A stretch of 63,091 nt of DNA, filler included, from Choristocarpus tenellus KU-1152 (taxonomy: Eukaryota; Protista; Phaeophyceae), in the NCBI GenBank assembly GCA_964200185.2. It is 14 parts of 14 records of this genome, joined end to end, with 100 filler letters (N's around TTAATTAATTAA, not from the genome) between each part and the next. Parts side by side here need not be neighbours in the genome. Positions count along the whole stretch, not along the records: positions 9,701 to 15,216 come from CAXNAD020010549.1; positions 15,317 to 18,872 come from CAXNAD020019290.1; positions 18,973 to 23,905 come from CAXNAD020012478.1; positions 24,006 to 26,684 come from CAXNAD020025713.1; 10 more parts are not named here. One strand, 5' to 3'. The notes below the pieces were generated by a model that saw only the letters and a program-made list of their open reading frames with translations, had not been told where the DNA came from and did no database searches. Positions within the stretch are counted from its first letter, which is position 1; each line of letters opens with the position of its first letter. Shown here piece by piece: positions 12,671-24,936 of the stretch. The position numbers were made by a program, and so were the translations under genes.

Positions 12671-14574
12671 TAATGTGATGCCCTACTTAAGAGCTTTGCT
12701 TTTTACGCTATATGGATTCGTATTAGTAGTTTTATGCCCTACATGACTTGAGCATTATGCAAAGCCGTAAGGTATACGCTTATTTTTTTGTGTGTAAGTG
12801 TACAAGTCATTTGTTGTGGAGAGGGTGGCATGGGACCCATGTCAGTAGTTAAATGATGCAGGACCACTCTAGTAAGTCCCAACTACTAGTGGGGGAGCTT
12901 GAGTCACTATGCACAACTCAAAAAGAAAAATCAATGTTATCTGTGGTGTTTCCAGGCTATGTACTCGTTCCTGATTAACATTGATTCGATTCTGGGTTGA
13001 ACCTGGTGTTTGCCCAAGTCAAAGTATGTTGGATTGTGTTTCTTGTTGCTTTGACTCACCTCCAGCATGCCATGGTCATGTGTATGTATGGCAGAATGCC
13101 AATTTTACTCTTTCCTTTGCCAGTACTAGAGGGGAGATTATGTTCTGGGAAAAAAGAAGGGAACTGTCACTGGGAAGGCGTTAGGTCTGCATGGTGGCTC
13201 TTTAGTGCAGAGCATTGAAGATGTTTTTTATTGGATGGGTAGTTATTGTGTACGTGATAGAGGGCGGGTGCATGTTAAAAATTGAATCCCCCTTTTCACA
13301 TTGCACTGAACCTTACTGGTGGAATGTGGAAAGGCGTGTTTTCTCTTTTGGCTTACTGATTTCTTGGGTTCTTCCCTTGTTTTATGTACGCCACCACACA
13401 CTACTTTCTAGTCTACCCTTCCAAGTGTTGCCCATGTCAGTCCTCTTTGCCTACCAAAGATTGCATTTTTCCTGCATCATGTATTGAGGCCCAAAATACA
13501 GTTGTATGGGAACTGGTGGGTGGTCATCCTCAAACGTTTTGCCCACTCATTGTTTGGTCTTATGTTGTGGCCGGTGAGCAATTGCCTGTTGTATATCCAA
13601 ACCTTGTTGCTTTTCCCTGGTGCTTGTGAGGAGTATGTGTTAAATCATTGCCTCCACTACGCAAATTAGTGGTAGGCATATCCTATTGGTAGCAGTATGC
13701 TGTAGTATGTAGGAGGGTGAAAATGTTAGGAATAGTTGTAGGTATGCAGCTTTGCTTTTCGCAATATCTGCACTGATCGTGTATTCTTTGTTACATAGCC
13801 TTTTGGCAATAGAAATATTTTACGTGTGTGTGTTGGGCATACCACGGTATAGCCAATCTGCCGAGTTTTGACAGAGGTCCGTATCATCGCCCCACTGTTC
13901 CCCCCTTTCCGCTGTCTGATATTCAACACATTTTGGACTGACCCTTTGTGTGCCCAAGTGAGTTGTTTTGTCTAGGTAACTTTAATTAAGCAAATACCAG
14001 AGACGGCCTTGGAGAAGGTGTTTGCTTTGGTGCAAGTTTGTAGAGTGTAATAGATACCTTCGACATGCTAGTAGTAGGGTTTTTTCCTGTAGCCAGAATT
14101 GACGGTAATAATGCCATGTTCTCATTCACTTCATTGCCTCATCCAAAATCCACCATGAAAAAAGCCTTCTGAGAAGTTCTACTCCTGTTGTCAAACATTG
14201 TAAAAGCCTGACGACGATGGCCTATGGAGCGTGGTGCAGGAAGGAATGTATCAGGAACAGAGATGCTCAACTCTACACTAGAATTTGAGTTGAGACTCTC
14301 TCGGCTGATGTTCCAAGTTGACTTTTATGGCACGGTTGATGGATAAGACCGAGTCTGATTGGAAACTCAGATATAGGAGTAGACTGAGGCGCTGAAGAAG
14401 CTTGTTGTCACATTTTCCTTCGCTGATTGTCTTCCAGCAATATTTTGGGATGACCAAATTTCTCTATGTATTGGCTTCGCCCTGATGAGCGTCTCTGATC
14501 ACAGTCCACCTTCGTGAGCCCCTACAATAATATTATGGCCAACAACAAAAACAACTAGTTTGACAATTGCTACG

Positions 14575-14829
14575 GCACCAAAGTAAACAAGAGGTACTCA
14601 GATTTTGGTCATTTTGCTTTTGAAGCCTGTTTTTTAATCTTTTGCAGTTCTCCTGTATTTCTATGGATAAGTTCTAAGTTTGACTTGAGAACGTTTATTT
14701 CTTGTCTGAAACCTTTCAGGCGCGATTAAGAAGATATCCCATACGCAATTGTGTAAAAAGCCCGATTTTGGACAAATTTATCAGCATACTTCATACACAA
14801 CTCTGGGCACCTCTCGTTTACTTTGACTC
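14575..14829 (+). mobile_element. MITE family C
   Basis: TIR ...CAAAGTAAACAAGAGGTAC / GCACCTCTCGTTTACTTTGACTC; 255 bp; aligns by eye to 7341-7591. Confidence 0.85.
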
Positions 14830-14999
14830 CATGGTCGATTGGAGAATGATTGGGTGTGTTCAAGCTACAAATTGGAGCAAATCATATTTCCCTGGCAGGA
14901 TAGATGTCGTTACCATAGGACTCAAACCTGCATGTCCTCACACCTTGAGAGTTTTGTGTGCTTATTTTACGTTAATTACTTGCACTAGGGACTCCTAGT

Positions 15000-15177
15000 G
15001 CCTCAAGGTATCTGGGGGGGGGAGGCTGTCCATTTGGAGGCCATTTTTCCATTTCGTGATTTTTGGGTGAATTTGGTTGCATGAGTCGGATGGATAATGT
15101 TAGTGCACTTGTCCTGGTTAGGGTATGAATGGACACCCTGGTGTACACCCCTCCCCCCCCCCCAGATACTTTGAGCC
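15000..15177 (-). mobile_element. MITE family B, complete, AGT TSD
   Basis: AGT|GCCTCAAGGTATCTGGGGGGG...CCCCCAGATACTTTGAGCC|AGT; 178 bp. Confidence 0.92.
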
Positions 15178-15724
15178 AGTAGACAAAAATGGTAGGACCT
15201 CACGTCAGGGTAATATNNNNNNNNNNNNNNNNNNNNNNNNNNNNNNNNNNNNNNNNNNNNTTAATTAATTAANNNNNNNNNNNNNNNNNNNNNNNNNNNN
15301 NNNNNNNNNNNNNNNNAACAAGGAGAAGAAAAAAATATAAACAGGCTGGTTGTTTGGCCGCGGGCGCGGGGGGGGGGCGGGGGGGGGGGGGGGGGGGGGG
15401 GGGGGTTCTGCACCAGGGTGTCCATTTGGGCCAAAATCGGGAAAAGCGTTTTTACATTATCCATCTGACGTATGCAACCAAATCGCCCAAAAGTTGCAAC
15501 ATGAAAAAATTGTCCCCAAATGGACAGCCGCCACCCCCCCACAGATAGATAGTTTGAGCCTGGGGGCCTTTTGCCTAATGGCGCCTTCAGCATGCGCTGT
15601 GCGCACGTCTTGATTCAGTTGAGTGAATCAAACAGTTTCTAGCCGATAGGTAAAACATTCACGGATTATTTCGATTCACAACACAAGTGAAATTCGATCC
15701 TGTTCATGTAGGGGCACAAAAATA

Positions 15725-16263
15725 TTTAACACTTGTTAAAATTGCATCCACCCACAGGGCGAAGCAGAGTGGGGGGTGATTGCCAACGGGTTCCTTGTGA
15801 AGAGTAGACCCTGTTGGTCACGTCAATGTCACCAATCTGTTAATAGCGAGACTCAAAAACAGAGGACTTCCGTATGGTATAGTTGATACAATGCCATAAA
15901 CAAGAATTGCTACGACATACTGACACCCATGTCTACACAACTTTCCCCCTCCATGGTGAAAGATTTTAATGACAAGTGTACACGCATTGTCACAGTCGTT
16001 CGAAACTTGCTTTTTGATATTAATAACAAATGTGACAATCTGTCACGCTCGCTAAAGTGATAGTGTTTAGACTGCCTAGTAAAGTAGCACCACAGACAGA
16101 TTGTTGCGCTTACACAGTAAAAATATGTTCTAAACGGGGTTAACTCAAGACTCGAAGCAACAACAAGTTTTGGTGGGCGTTTGGAGCAAGCAAGCTGTAG
16201 TCGGGATGCATGTCGTCTTTTCAGTGCAGACTCCACTCCAGCAATTTTGTTGTTAAATACCAC
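15725..16263 (-). pseudogene. Decayed ORF of unknown family, homologous to ~59040-59470 (+)
   Basis: Shared DNA blocks (CAACAATCTGTCT, GTGACAGATTGTCAC, GTGTACACTTG, ATGGAGGG, CCCCCACTCTG) and peptides ATICL..Y.TR...DRLS and NP(L/M)A(I/T)TPHS; stops and frameshifts present. Confidence 0.55.
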
Positions 16264-17018
16264 TCATACCAAAGTCAGATAAAACAAAATCTTTTAAAAA
16301 TCCAATCATTTTCTTTGCAGAATATGACTTCCATACATTTCATTGACGATTGATTGGTATTGTAGTACGCTATGACTGATGTAGCAGTCATAGCGATATG
16401 TTTCCTGCATGACAACATGCTGTCAAGGCAACAAACATGTAGCCACACATTCATAATAATGTTCTTTGTATAAGGTGTTGATGAAGGGATTCTTCGGTAG
16501 ACAAACGATAAAATGATGCAGGATGAGAGCCTACCAATGAGGTCACTCTCTCCTCTCTACCACCATCCACTCTTTTGCCAAGGGGAATATGCGAGGCTCC
16601 TATCTCCTTTTTTCTCTTGACCTCTATCCTGACCATGTCTTCACTATTTTCACAAGGACCAGCCTACGAAATAAATCTGGACAGGTTATGCGCCGTACAA
16701 AAACGAAGACCAATCTGAAGATGCTGCCTATATGGACGGTGACAGTTGGACGGTCACTGGAAACCTTGTTGCTCTCAGTCACAGCCACGGCTGTAGGGGC
16801 AAGAAATTGTAGTACCCCACAGTGAGGGCAATCCTGCTAACAGGGGGACATTGTTGGAACTAGAGAGAGTCTATGAAGGATGTGCCGAGGACAGGATCCA
16901 CATTACAACTACCTGCATTCAGACCAAGACAGGGAGGATGGAGTATTGACCATGCATGGTACAGAAGAAGGAAGCATGGGCCATAACAGGGGGGAGGGCA
17001 GTTGATGTTGAGACCTAG

Positions 17019-17276
17019 GAGCCAAAGCATCTTAGAGGGTAGAGTCGTGTCCATTTGGGGGCCAAAATCCAATGTTGCGATTTTGATGTAATTTTGGCTA
17101 TCGTGTTTGTTAGGAAGTGTCAATATCCATGTTCTGGACATATATTTTCATAATGTATACATTTTACCTCCTCCGAAACATTTTGGAGTAGGAAAATGCC
17201 ATAAAAAAAACGTGGGAAGCCAAGCCTCTAACGGACAAATAGGGCAAAACTCGTACCCTCTAAGATACTTTCACTC
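17019..17276 (+). mobile_element. MITE family A, full length, TAG TSD
   Basis: TAG|GAGCCAAAGCATCTTAGAGGGTA...TACCCTCTAAGATACTTTCACTC|TAG; 258 bp. Confidence 0.95.
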
Positions 17277-17722
17277 TAGAATTGAATGGATCGTGCTCTT
17301 GTATGGTGACAGGTAGGTTGTGGTGAAGGGGTGTCATAGTGCAATGAAGCACAAGTGAATTCGGGCCGATGAACCTAGTGACATGCTTTGCACAGTCAGA
17401 GGATGTTTGGTGTGGTGATGTTGAGATTATTCCTTTGTACATTAAAGGAAGATATTAATGTTCTGTGTAGAGGCTTGTCAACTAGTGAAGAAGCTTTTTA
17501 TGGATGTTGTAGCTCTGAATACATTGAATCTAGTTGTGTGTCAGATACAATTAGTATAGAGTGGACTCGAGGTCTAAGAAGGGGCAAAGCCAACCAGAGA
17601 AAAAAGAATAATCGACAGATGAGATTCAACTGGTGGTTCTGATGTGAAGATCAAAAACCAAAGAAAAAACTTGAATCAATATCTGGGACAAATCATATGG
17701 CACATATTATGCTTGTATGTTT

Positions 17723-17958
17723 GAGCCAAAGTATCTTAGAGGGTAGAGCCACGTCCATTTGGGGGCCAAAATCCAATGTTGTGATTTTGATGTAGTTTTG
17801 GCTATCGTGTTTGTTAGGACACAACTTTTCATAGCGTATACATTTTACCTACTCCGAAACAGCTTGGAGTAGGAAAATGCCTTAAATAAACCCATTGGAA
17901 GCCAAGTCCCAAACGGACAAACAGGGCAAAACTCGTACCCTCTAACATACTTTCACTC
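17723..17958 (+). mobile_element. MITE family A with a small internal deletion, TTT TSD
   Basis: TTT|GAGCCAAAGTATCTTAGAGGG...ACTTTCACTC|TTT; 236 bp. Confidence 0.93.
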
Positions 17959-19058
17959 TTTGATATATGTCGACTGTTCCATACTTGCTATGCACCATGG
18001 GGTTGTAACGGTGACTGATGGTCCTATGACGACGTACCAATGATGCAAATGTGAGTAAAGATCAGTACCGATGTTTGAATCAACACTCGGTATTATTTGG
18101 TAATACTGTATTGTATCCATGTATTAACAGTTGGAAACATCTCCAAACGATATCGCCTGCGGACAAGCAGTAATATAGGTATTTGTCTTTCTCCCATCCA
18201 GCTATTACCCGTTCGACAATTACTTACCAACTACGATTTATAAAATTTCAGGGGGAACAGATTCTTCATTTTGTCAAGGGAACATTCTACGCCATTGACA
18301 TATAATTCAAATGGGGATCTCTTCGTAGTTTTTTTTACCTATCATCGTTGAAGTGATCAGTGTGATTTGGGGCAGACAAAGTCGTAGGACTTTGATTCGA
18401 ATGCAAATAAAGATTATCCTCTCGCAAATCTAAGGTCTAGAAGCCCACCAAAAATTCCAAGACCTCCTCTCCTCAGAGCTGATAGAAGAGTTGGTTGAAC
18501 AAGAATAATTTAACTAGTATTATTATTTTTGCTTTCATTTGATAATGCGGACGTTGTGCCCTCTTGTATTTGGCAAGTTGCATCCGTTTCTACTACGACA
18601 AAATCTGAATATCAGCTACAACAACAAATATATGAGAGTGCTGCTCAGAGACTTGGGCTCCTACATCTATTACTGCACACTCATGACTTCTACAGGGAAG
18701 TGTACGCTGCTGATAAGCACTACCTTAGTAGAATATGAAGGACTCCAGAGTAGGTAATGAAGACTACTGGAGAGTGGGGTCAAAGTATCTGGGGGGGGGG
18801 GGGGGGGTTGTGAGGGGGCGGCCGTTTCGGTCAAACCCCTTTTCTTTTTGCTAATGGTTCTGATCCGCCACGNNNNNNNNNNNNNNNNNNNNNNNNNNNN
18901 NNNNNNNNNNNNNNNNTTAATTAATTAANNNNNNNNNNNNNNNNNNNNNNNNNNNNNNNNNNNNNNNNNNNNCTCCTCAAAAAAATCCAACACCAAAGTA
19001 AAATACCCCACACCCCCCCCCCCCCCCCTCCTCTCCGCTACACAATGTAACCGCTCAC

Positions 19059-21612
19059 CCTTGGTCGATTGAGGGTAACCTCGTTCGGACTTGCAGCAGT
19101 GGAACGTGGACTTGCACAAACCACCCTTGGTTAGAGGGTCATGCATGTGATACTCATAGGCAAGCGTCACCGCTGGGTATATAATCACCACTGAGAAGAA
19201 GTTGCAGATCACCTTCACGCAGGCCGCAAGACATGCCAACAAAAGCGAAGCTCAAGGGTTAGGGGTATATATAGTTCGAACGTATGTGTTACATACACTA
19301 CATACATCATATACATACATACCTAAGGTTTGTTCTTTGCAGTGCATATATCATACATCATATACATTCATCATATACATACATCACACATCGTCTATGT
19401 CATCCAAAAAAGAAGAGAAAATGTCCAATTTTTGACGGGTTTTGTCCAAGTAGCCAAGTCTTCCAAGTCTTCAAGTCCAGCCTCAGGCCGCGACACGGGG
19501 CTGAAAGGCATGACCGGCTTACAAGGGTCTGGGTAGCGATTCACGAACAGCCTACAATCAACTGCCCTCAACATAGGCAAAAAGCACAGCCAGTCTAGGC
19601 GACGAATGTGACCCAATTGCCTCCTTCCTTGCCTCTCACAAGACGAAAACTGAAAAACTCAGCATGAACACCACAAAAAACAGTTTCAACTAACTCCAGG
19701 TAGGCCAATACGACACTGTACTGTAACCAGGGTAGTAATACCCCCAATAACAATAGATAAGACAAGCACGCCTTCCAAGATGACAAGGTGAGGTTAAACC
19801 CATCGACCAGGAAGGGGCACGACAGTAAAACAAACAAAAAAATACTGCCGGGGAAAAAAAAAAAGAGACAAGACCGACCTATATACCTACAGAGACAGAG
19901 ATAGAACTTTCATTCTTGACAGGCTGTCTAACCCAGGAGGGGGGTTATCCTTTGCTCTCACTTTTGACTTGACAGTTACAATTGGTTACAAACCGCCTCT
20001 CCGCCCATACCCTCCCAAATCCCTTCCCTCCCTCAAGTAGAGGCATGCATGAATGATACAGAAGGCTATCTCTCATCCATTACTTTCTTGTAGGTTTCAA
20101 TCTACACTTAAATCTTGGAACTCCAAAGGATCAAATATTCAAAAAATGCATTCCAAGGCCATCCATCAGTTGGGTTTATGCATGTACATATTTCAATTAC
20201 CAAGGTCAATTACCAAGGTCAGTCACCAAGGTCAATGCTGCAGCCCGGTGACACATGTTTCAGCAAACAAAATCTCCCCTGCACTCTAAAATGGTGTTCA
20301 TTGAATGAAATATTCAATTCATGGGGGGTTTTAAGTCCCCACATTTCTAATTTGTTGACGATTCTCACGCACACCCAACACACTCCAGAAGAAAGAAGAT
20401 GTTCGCAGTGCGGAGTAGTGTAGTGTAGTGTAGTGTCCCTTCCCGATATATATATATATATATTTATTTTTTCTTAACAAAGAACAAATAAAAGGGGTTT
20501 CCACTCACCAGGAAGGCTGAGAAGATACCGAAGCTCTGCACGGCAGGAAAGTCAGAGGTCGCATTCGACAAGAAACTGATGGCAGTTGTCAGCGAGGTCA
20601 CTGCCTGCACTCAATGGAATAGGTGCCATAAACAAAAACAAACAAGACAGATAGACGTTGAAAGGGGTCAGCTGTTGAAAAACAGACAACGCCCCCGCAA
20701 ACGCAACCCTATCTCCTTTCGATAATGTCTCGCTTGAAACACCATCAACTTTCATACCACGCAAACATCCATAACCCTAAGATCCGTCGCCGTCCCGTTC
20801 CTAATGGAAACACTGGAAAAAAAATAAGAAAATTTGTAATTTTTTTTTTGCCATGGAATTGTTGTCGTCAGAAACGATCCCAAAAAAAGGATGTTGCAGA
20901 CAGGGTCCACTCTCACTAAATAAATGGTACAAAAGTAATACTGCCTGTTCTTGTCATTGACAAAACAAGGTACTGAGGCCTTTCGAGTTCACCCACATCA
21001 TAAAATCTGATGTGCAATAGAGGAGTACGTAACAGAAATTAAATTAAATTAAATTGCCAAAAGGGACAAGTGTCATGTTTTGAAAAAACTCGAGAACTGC
21101 AATATCAATCAAAACAAATAGATCACATGAGTATGTACAACGTGTGTGTGTGTGTGTGTGTGTGTGTTTGTGTGCTTGCTTACCATGGCTTTCCCCCCTG
21201 TGTGCAGAGCAACCATTAGCTGCTCCAAGACACTGCTCTGAGGCATGGTGCGTCTGGCATTCTTCCAGGAGTCCGTGAACACGAAGATATCATCCGCACC
21301 TTGAAAAAAAAAAATGTCAGAAATTTTTATTGTTATCATTGATTCAAAATAAATACAATGGATCAACTGTAGAATCATGGTATTGTTCAACACCTGATCA
21401 TTTACCATCAATCTATAAACAGCAAATGGTGAGCATAACATACTCTCACCACAGGCGCGTGTCAATGATTGAACAGTGTCAAGAAGACAATAAAAATTAT
21501 AAATTAAAATATAAGAACTTGAATGCATTATCATCAGTACCACCATCATCCATATCAACCCAGCAATGCACTGTCTTACACCACTCAATCAATCACTCCA
21601 AACGTATTCATA

Positions 21613-21643
<31 letters not shown>

Positions 21644-22741
21644 TACCCTAACCCTAAGATAACACCAAGAATACAAAAAGACGTAATAACGAGATACTCA
21701 CTACTCAATACAATGCACTACGCAGGATCACTTACCAATACCAAGGATGACAAAGATGGACAGGGCATTCAGCGTGCCGAAGTAGCTGAAGAACCAGGGC
21801 AGGGGGTTAGGGTTAGGGTTAGGGTTAGGATTAGGTTTAGTGCGGTGGGTGGAGAAAAGAATAAAAATGCGAGATGTAGACAATCAATATGCTGACTATC
21901 GATAGTAATTGAGGTAGGGAGGTGGTCCCAGCACTAAATTGCAGGATATAATAATCATTCACTCGGGAGACTCCATGCAACTTCTTCCCTGGCAAAGGTG
22001 TGGAGGTTCCCCTATAACGAGGCAGTGTTGTACCAACATTGAAGGCGGTATTGTACCAACATTGAAAGTGTTTATGAAGAATCACACTGAGTACTAAAAA
22101 CCTCTGGTAAGCAAGATCCTTTCCTGTTACTAACCCAGCACTGCTATCACCGTTTCCACCACCACCAAACATGTGACAACCACTCTTACGAACAACCAGA
22201 GTGTTCCCACCATTATACATTATACATTCTAAAAAAGATAAAAATGGACACATTTCCCCGCATTCGAATTTCCGATTTTTTTTTTTCAGCCTAGAATTAA
22301 ACAAGAAACAAAAAAAAGAAATGGGAAAAAAAATATATCGATACACTTTTGAGGCACAAAAAANNNNNNNNNATCAAAAAAATAATAAAAAAAAAAAAAA
22401 AAACAAAACCCAAATTGCAGTAAAATTTCAAATCGAAAAAAAAAAATCAAAAATTATATTTGAAAAAAAAAAAAAAAAAATGAAGTTTCCACTGGACGTA
22501 GAGAGAGAGACTGAAAAGACACTTCAATCATAGGCACCAAAGGAGACAAGAAGATCAGTCTAGAGTTGGTCACCGATAGACCTGGCCTGATTCGAGAAGG
22601 TGCTCCCAAGGGCAGACATGGAACAAAGCAAAATAAAGTTGAGGGCAGAGGATGAAAAAAGCGTACATCAACACCTTCCACAAAGAAAGTCCTAGTAACA
22701 AAAAAAGTAAACAAAAAATACTATCCCACTCTTACCATCTC

Positions 22742-22793
<52 letters not shown>

Positions 22794-23762
22794 ACAACCA
22801 AAAACCAAAAAAAAAAAACAAACACACCCCCCCCCCCCACAACCTCCTCACCCTCCTAAAAGAGAAAGAATATAGGGTCAAAACATTCACCTGTAGCCTG
22901 CGATAGCCCTGTACAAAAGCAAAGCAGGGCCAAAGTTTCCGAGAACCATGAGCATGCCCACACCGCCCAGCCTTGATGGGGCATTTCAATGTGCAAGTAA
23001 GTGTGTGTGCGTGTGTGTGTTTGAGTTTTAAAAGTATATTTGATCAAATTGGAGTTAGGGTTGGGGATAGGGCTAGGGTTACGTTTTGAATCAAAATAAA
23101 AAATCCTTGACAACGTGTAAGACACCCTGAAAAATAAATACATGACTCAGGTAAACAATAGAAAAACACCAAGACACATCCTTTGAGATGTGTTCCACCT
23201 GTCAGTTCTTGCCCCCAACGTGAACAATAGAGGGTTGATAAGGGTCGCCAAGGGGGAAGTCTCTTACATTCTCTTCACAAAGCAAGACACTTTGTCATCA
23301 AAACAAGACACTTTTGTCATCGGGTTGATACACAAACTGCAATTCTTGAAGTACCCTTTATTGTCTCTCACTCTACCCAGTACCAACTTTCACGTAACCA
23401 GCTCTACTGCTTGTGTCTCGCCGTCCCCTATCCTGTCTCTCTCACGTCACGCACCAGATGATATCACATATCCTGCTGTGTGTCAACTCTCTCAATATAC
23501 CCTCGGCCTTCTCCCTCACCATGTCCCATGCCATCTCTTACTCCATACACAAAAAATCAACGAGGTACAAATCTAGAATGGTTAGGGTTAGGGTTAGCTA
23601 ATGTAGAAGGAAGATTTATCACCTCCAAAAGAGTTTGATCTACGTACATACATCCTTCAGTCAAATAATATCTTAAATTGTATCTATCTCACCACCAGGA
23701 TCGAAGCTGGAAGATGAGGTAGAACAAAACAAACAGGAAGGTTGGCCCTAGCAGGAGGACAT
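19059..23762 (-). CDS. Dispatched/Patched-family (RND, sterol-sensing domain) membrane protein, partial, 6 exons
   Basis: Phase-compatible GT-AG exons 23762-23693, 22971-22891, 21785-21736, 21299-21184, 20604-20509 and 19212-19059 splice to DVLLLGPTFLFVLFYLIFQLRSWWLGGVGMLMVLGNFGPALLLYRAIAGYSYFGTLNALSIFVILGIGADDIFVFTDSW...GKAMAVTSLTTAISFLSN...FGIFSAFLVICNFFSVVIIYPA. This has the GxxxDD motif and 'TSLTT' signature of the Dispatched/Patched SSD. Confidence 0.92.
21805..21840. repeat. Interstitial telomere-like (TTAGGG)n tract; similar short tracts at ~21645, 23055, 23581, 24471, 25376, 25565, 25846, 30309, 32723, 53004 and 53938
   Basis: Directly visible GGGTTA/CCCTAA units, 2-7 copies each, mostly inside introns. 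Confidence 0.9.
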
Positions 23763-23841
23763 CTGTAAACAAAATGTTATTGACATAAACTATCACACAC
23801 AATACAGGAATGGAGAGAAGACAAGGACGTATCAACATGGA

Positions 23842-23874
<33 letters not shown>

Positions 23875-24059
23875 CGATAAGACGAAAGAAAAAAAAAAAA
23901 AAAAANNNNNNNNNNNNNNNNNNNNNNNNNNNNNNNNNNNNNNNNNNNNTTAATTAATTAANNNNNNNNNNNNNNNNNNNNNNNNNNNNNNNNNNNNNNN
24001 NNNNNCCGCCCCCCCCCCCCCCCCCCACCCCACCCCATATCCCCATGCCCTGGGAATAG

Positions 24060-24738
24060 GAAGATGCAGTTAGAGCAGCACGAGCAAGAGAATGTGAGGG
24101 AGTAATTCGACAATGCAATGAGGGAAAATGGGAGTTCTCTTTCAAAGAGGTTGTTAGTGGAGGGTCGGGAAGGAGTCAGGGTGGAGGTGTAGGGTCTGGG
24201 CCTGCGGTGGTTCTTGAGGTGTCGATACCTCGGTTCTTGGACAGCTCGCTGATTGACCTGGATGTTCACCCACACTATGTCAGCGTTGTGATCAAGGGCA
24301 AGGTGTGCCGGGGGGGGGGGGGGGGGGGGGAATTGAACTCGGCTAGTGGCAACAAAACAGTGGATGGATGTTTGGAGGTTGTGTTCGCTTGGAGGAGGAC
24401 TAGGGCTGGGAGTACTGTCGTGGTTTTTTAAGTATGAAGTAAGAGTAGCGTGTCCTGGTGCGGCTACATTGGTTAGGGTTAGGGTTAGGGTTGTGGTACT
24501 CGGTGTCATAATGCAGTTATGGATTGGTAAGATAACCACACGTGGGGCAGGGGGACTAAGGTAGGGAGTGTCTCGAAGTCTTTGATGGGGTCGGGCCGTG
24601 CAGGTGGTGGTGATGAGGAATTGAAGTAGGGAAGTTTGAGGGGGACTTGGCCTGGAGTGCTGTCAGTGGTACGATATTTTAATGGATTGTATGCACATTA
24701 TGTCTTACGTATTATAAGCTTATATGCACATGAATATG

Positions 24739-24776
<38 letters not shown>

Positions 24777-24936
24777 TATATGCAGTATGCAACTGTTGTG
24801 GAAAAAAAACGTGGGCGTGTTGCAGGTCTTGCGCCTAACTCTCCCGACTGAGGTGAAATCCGGGCAGGCAAAAGCACAGCGGAGTAAGACAACAGGAAGC
24901 CTTGTGGTGACCATGCCAAAGTTGAACCCTGAGGAG
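24060..24936 (+). CDS. DNAAF11: Dynein axonemal assembly factor 11 (LRRC6/TilB) C-terminal CS-like region, partial, 2 exons
   Basis: Exons 24060-24302 and 24826-24936 (AG/GT, phase 0) give ...IRQCNEGKWEF...VVLEVSIPRFLDSSLIDLDVHPHYVSVVIKGK|VLRLTLPTEVKSGQAKAQRSKTTGSLVVTMPK, matching the LRRC6 motif DVDVQPTYVRV.IKGK...LPAEV...AKRSQTTGHLV..MPK. Confidence 0.9.

Noticed and set aside
12960-14100. Highly decayed LINE-like coding sequence on the minus strand (also 2480-3500 and 51700-54800)
   Set aside because: Only faint hints (e.g. GIDLWKGYD near 54480); no ordered set of RT or endonuclease motifs could be established.
15261-15613. Poly-Pro/poly-Gly ORFs (also 22652-22989, 30037-30291, 46387-46675)
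   Set aside because: They derive from G/C homopolymer tracts in MITE B or low-quality contig ends.
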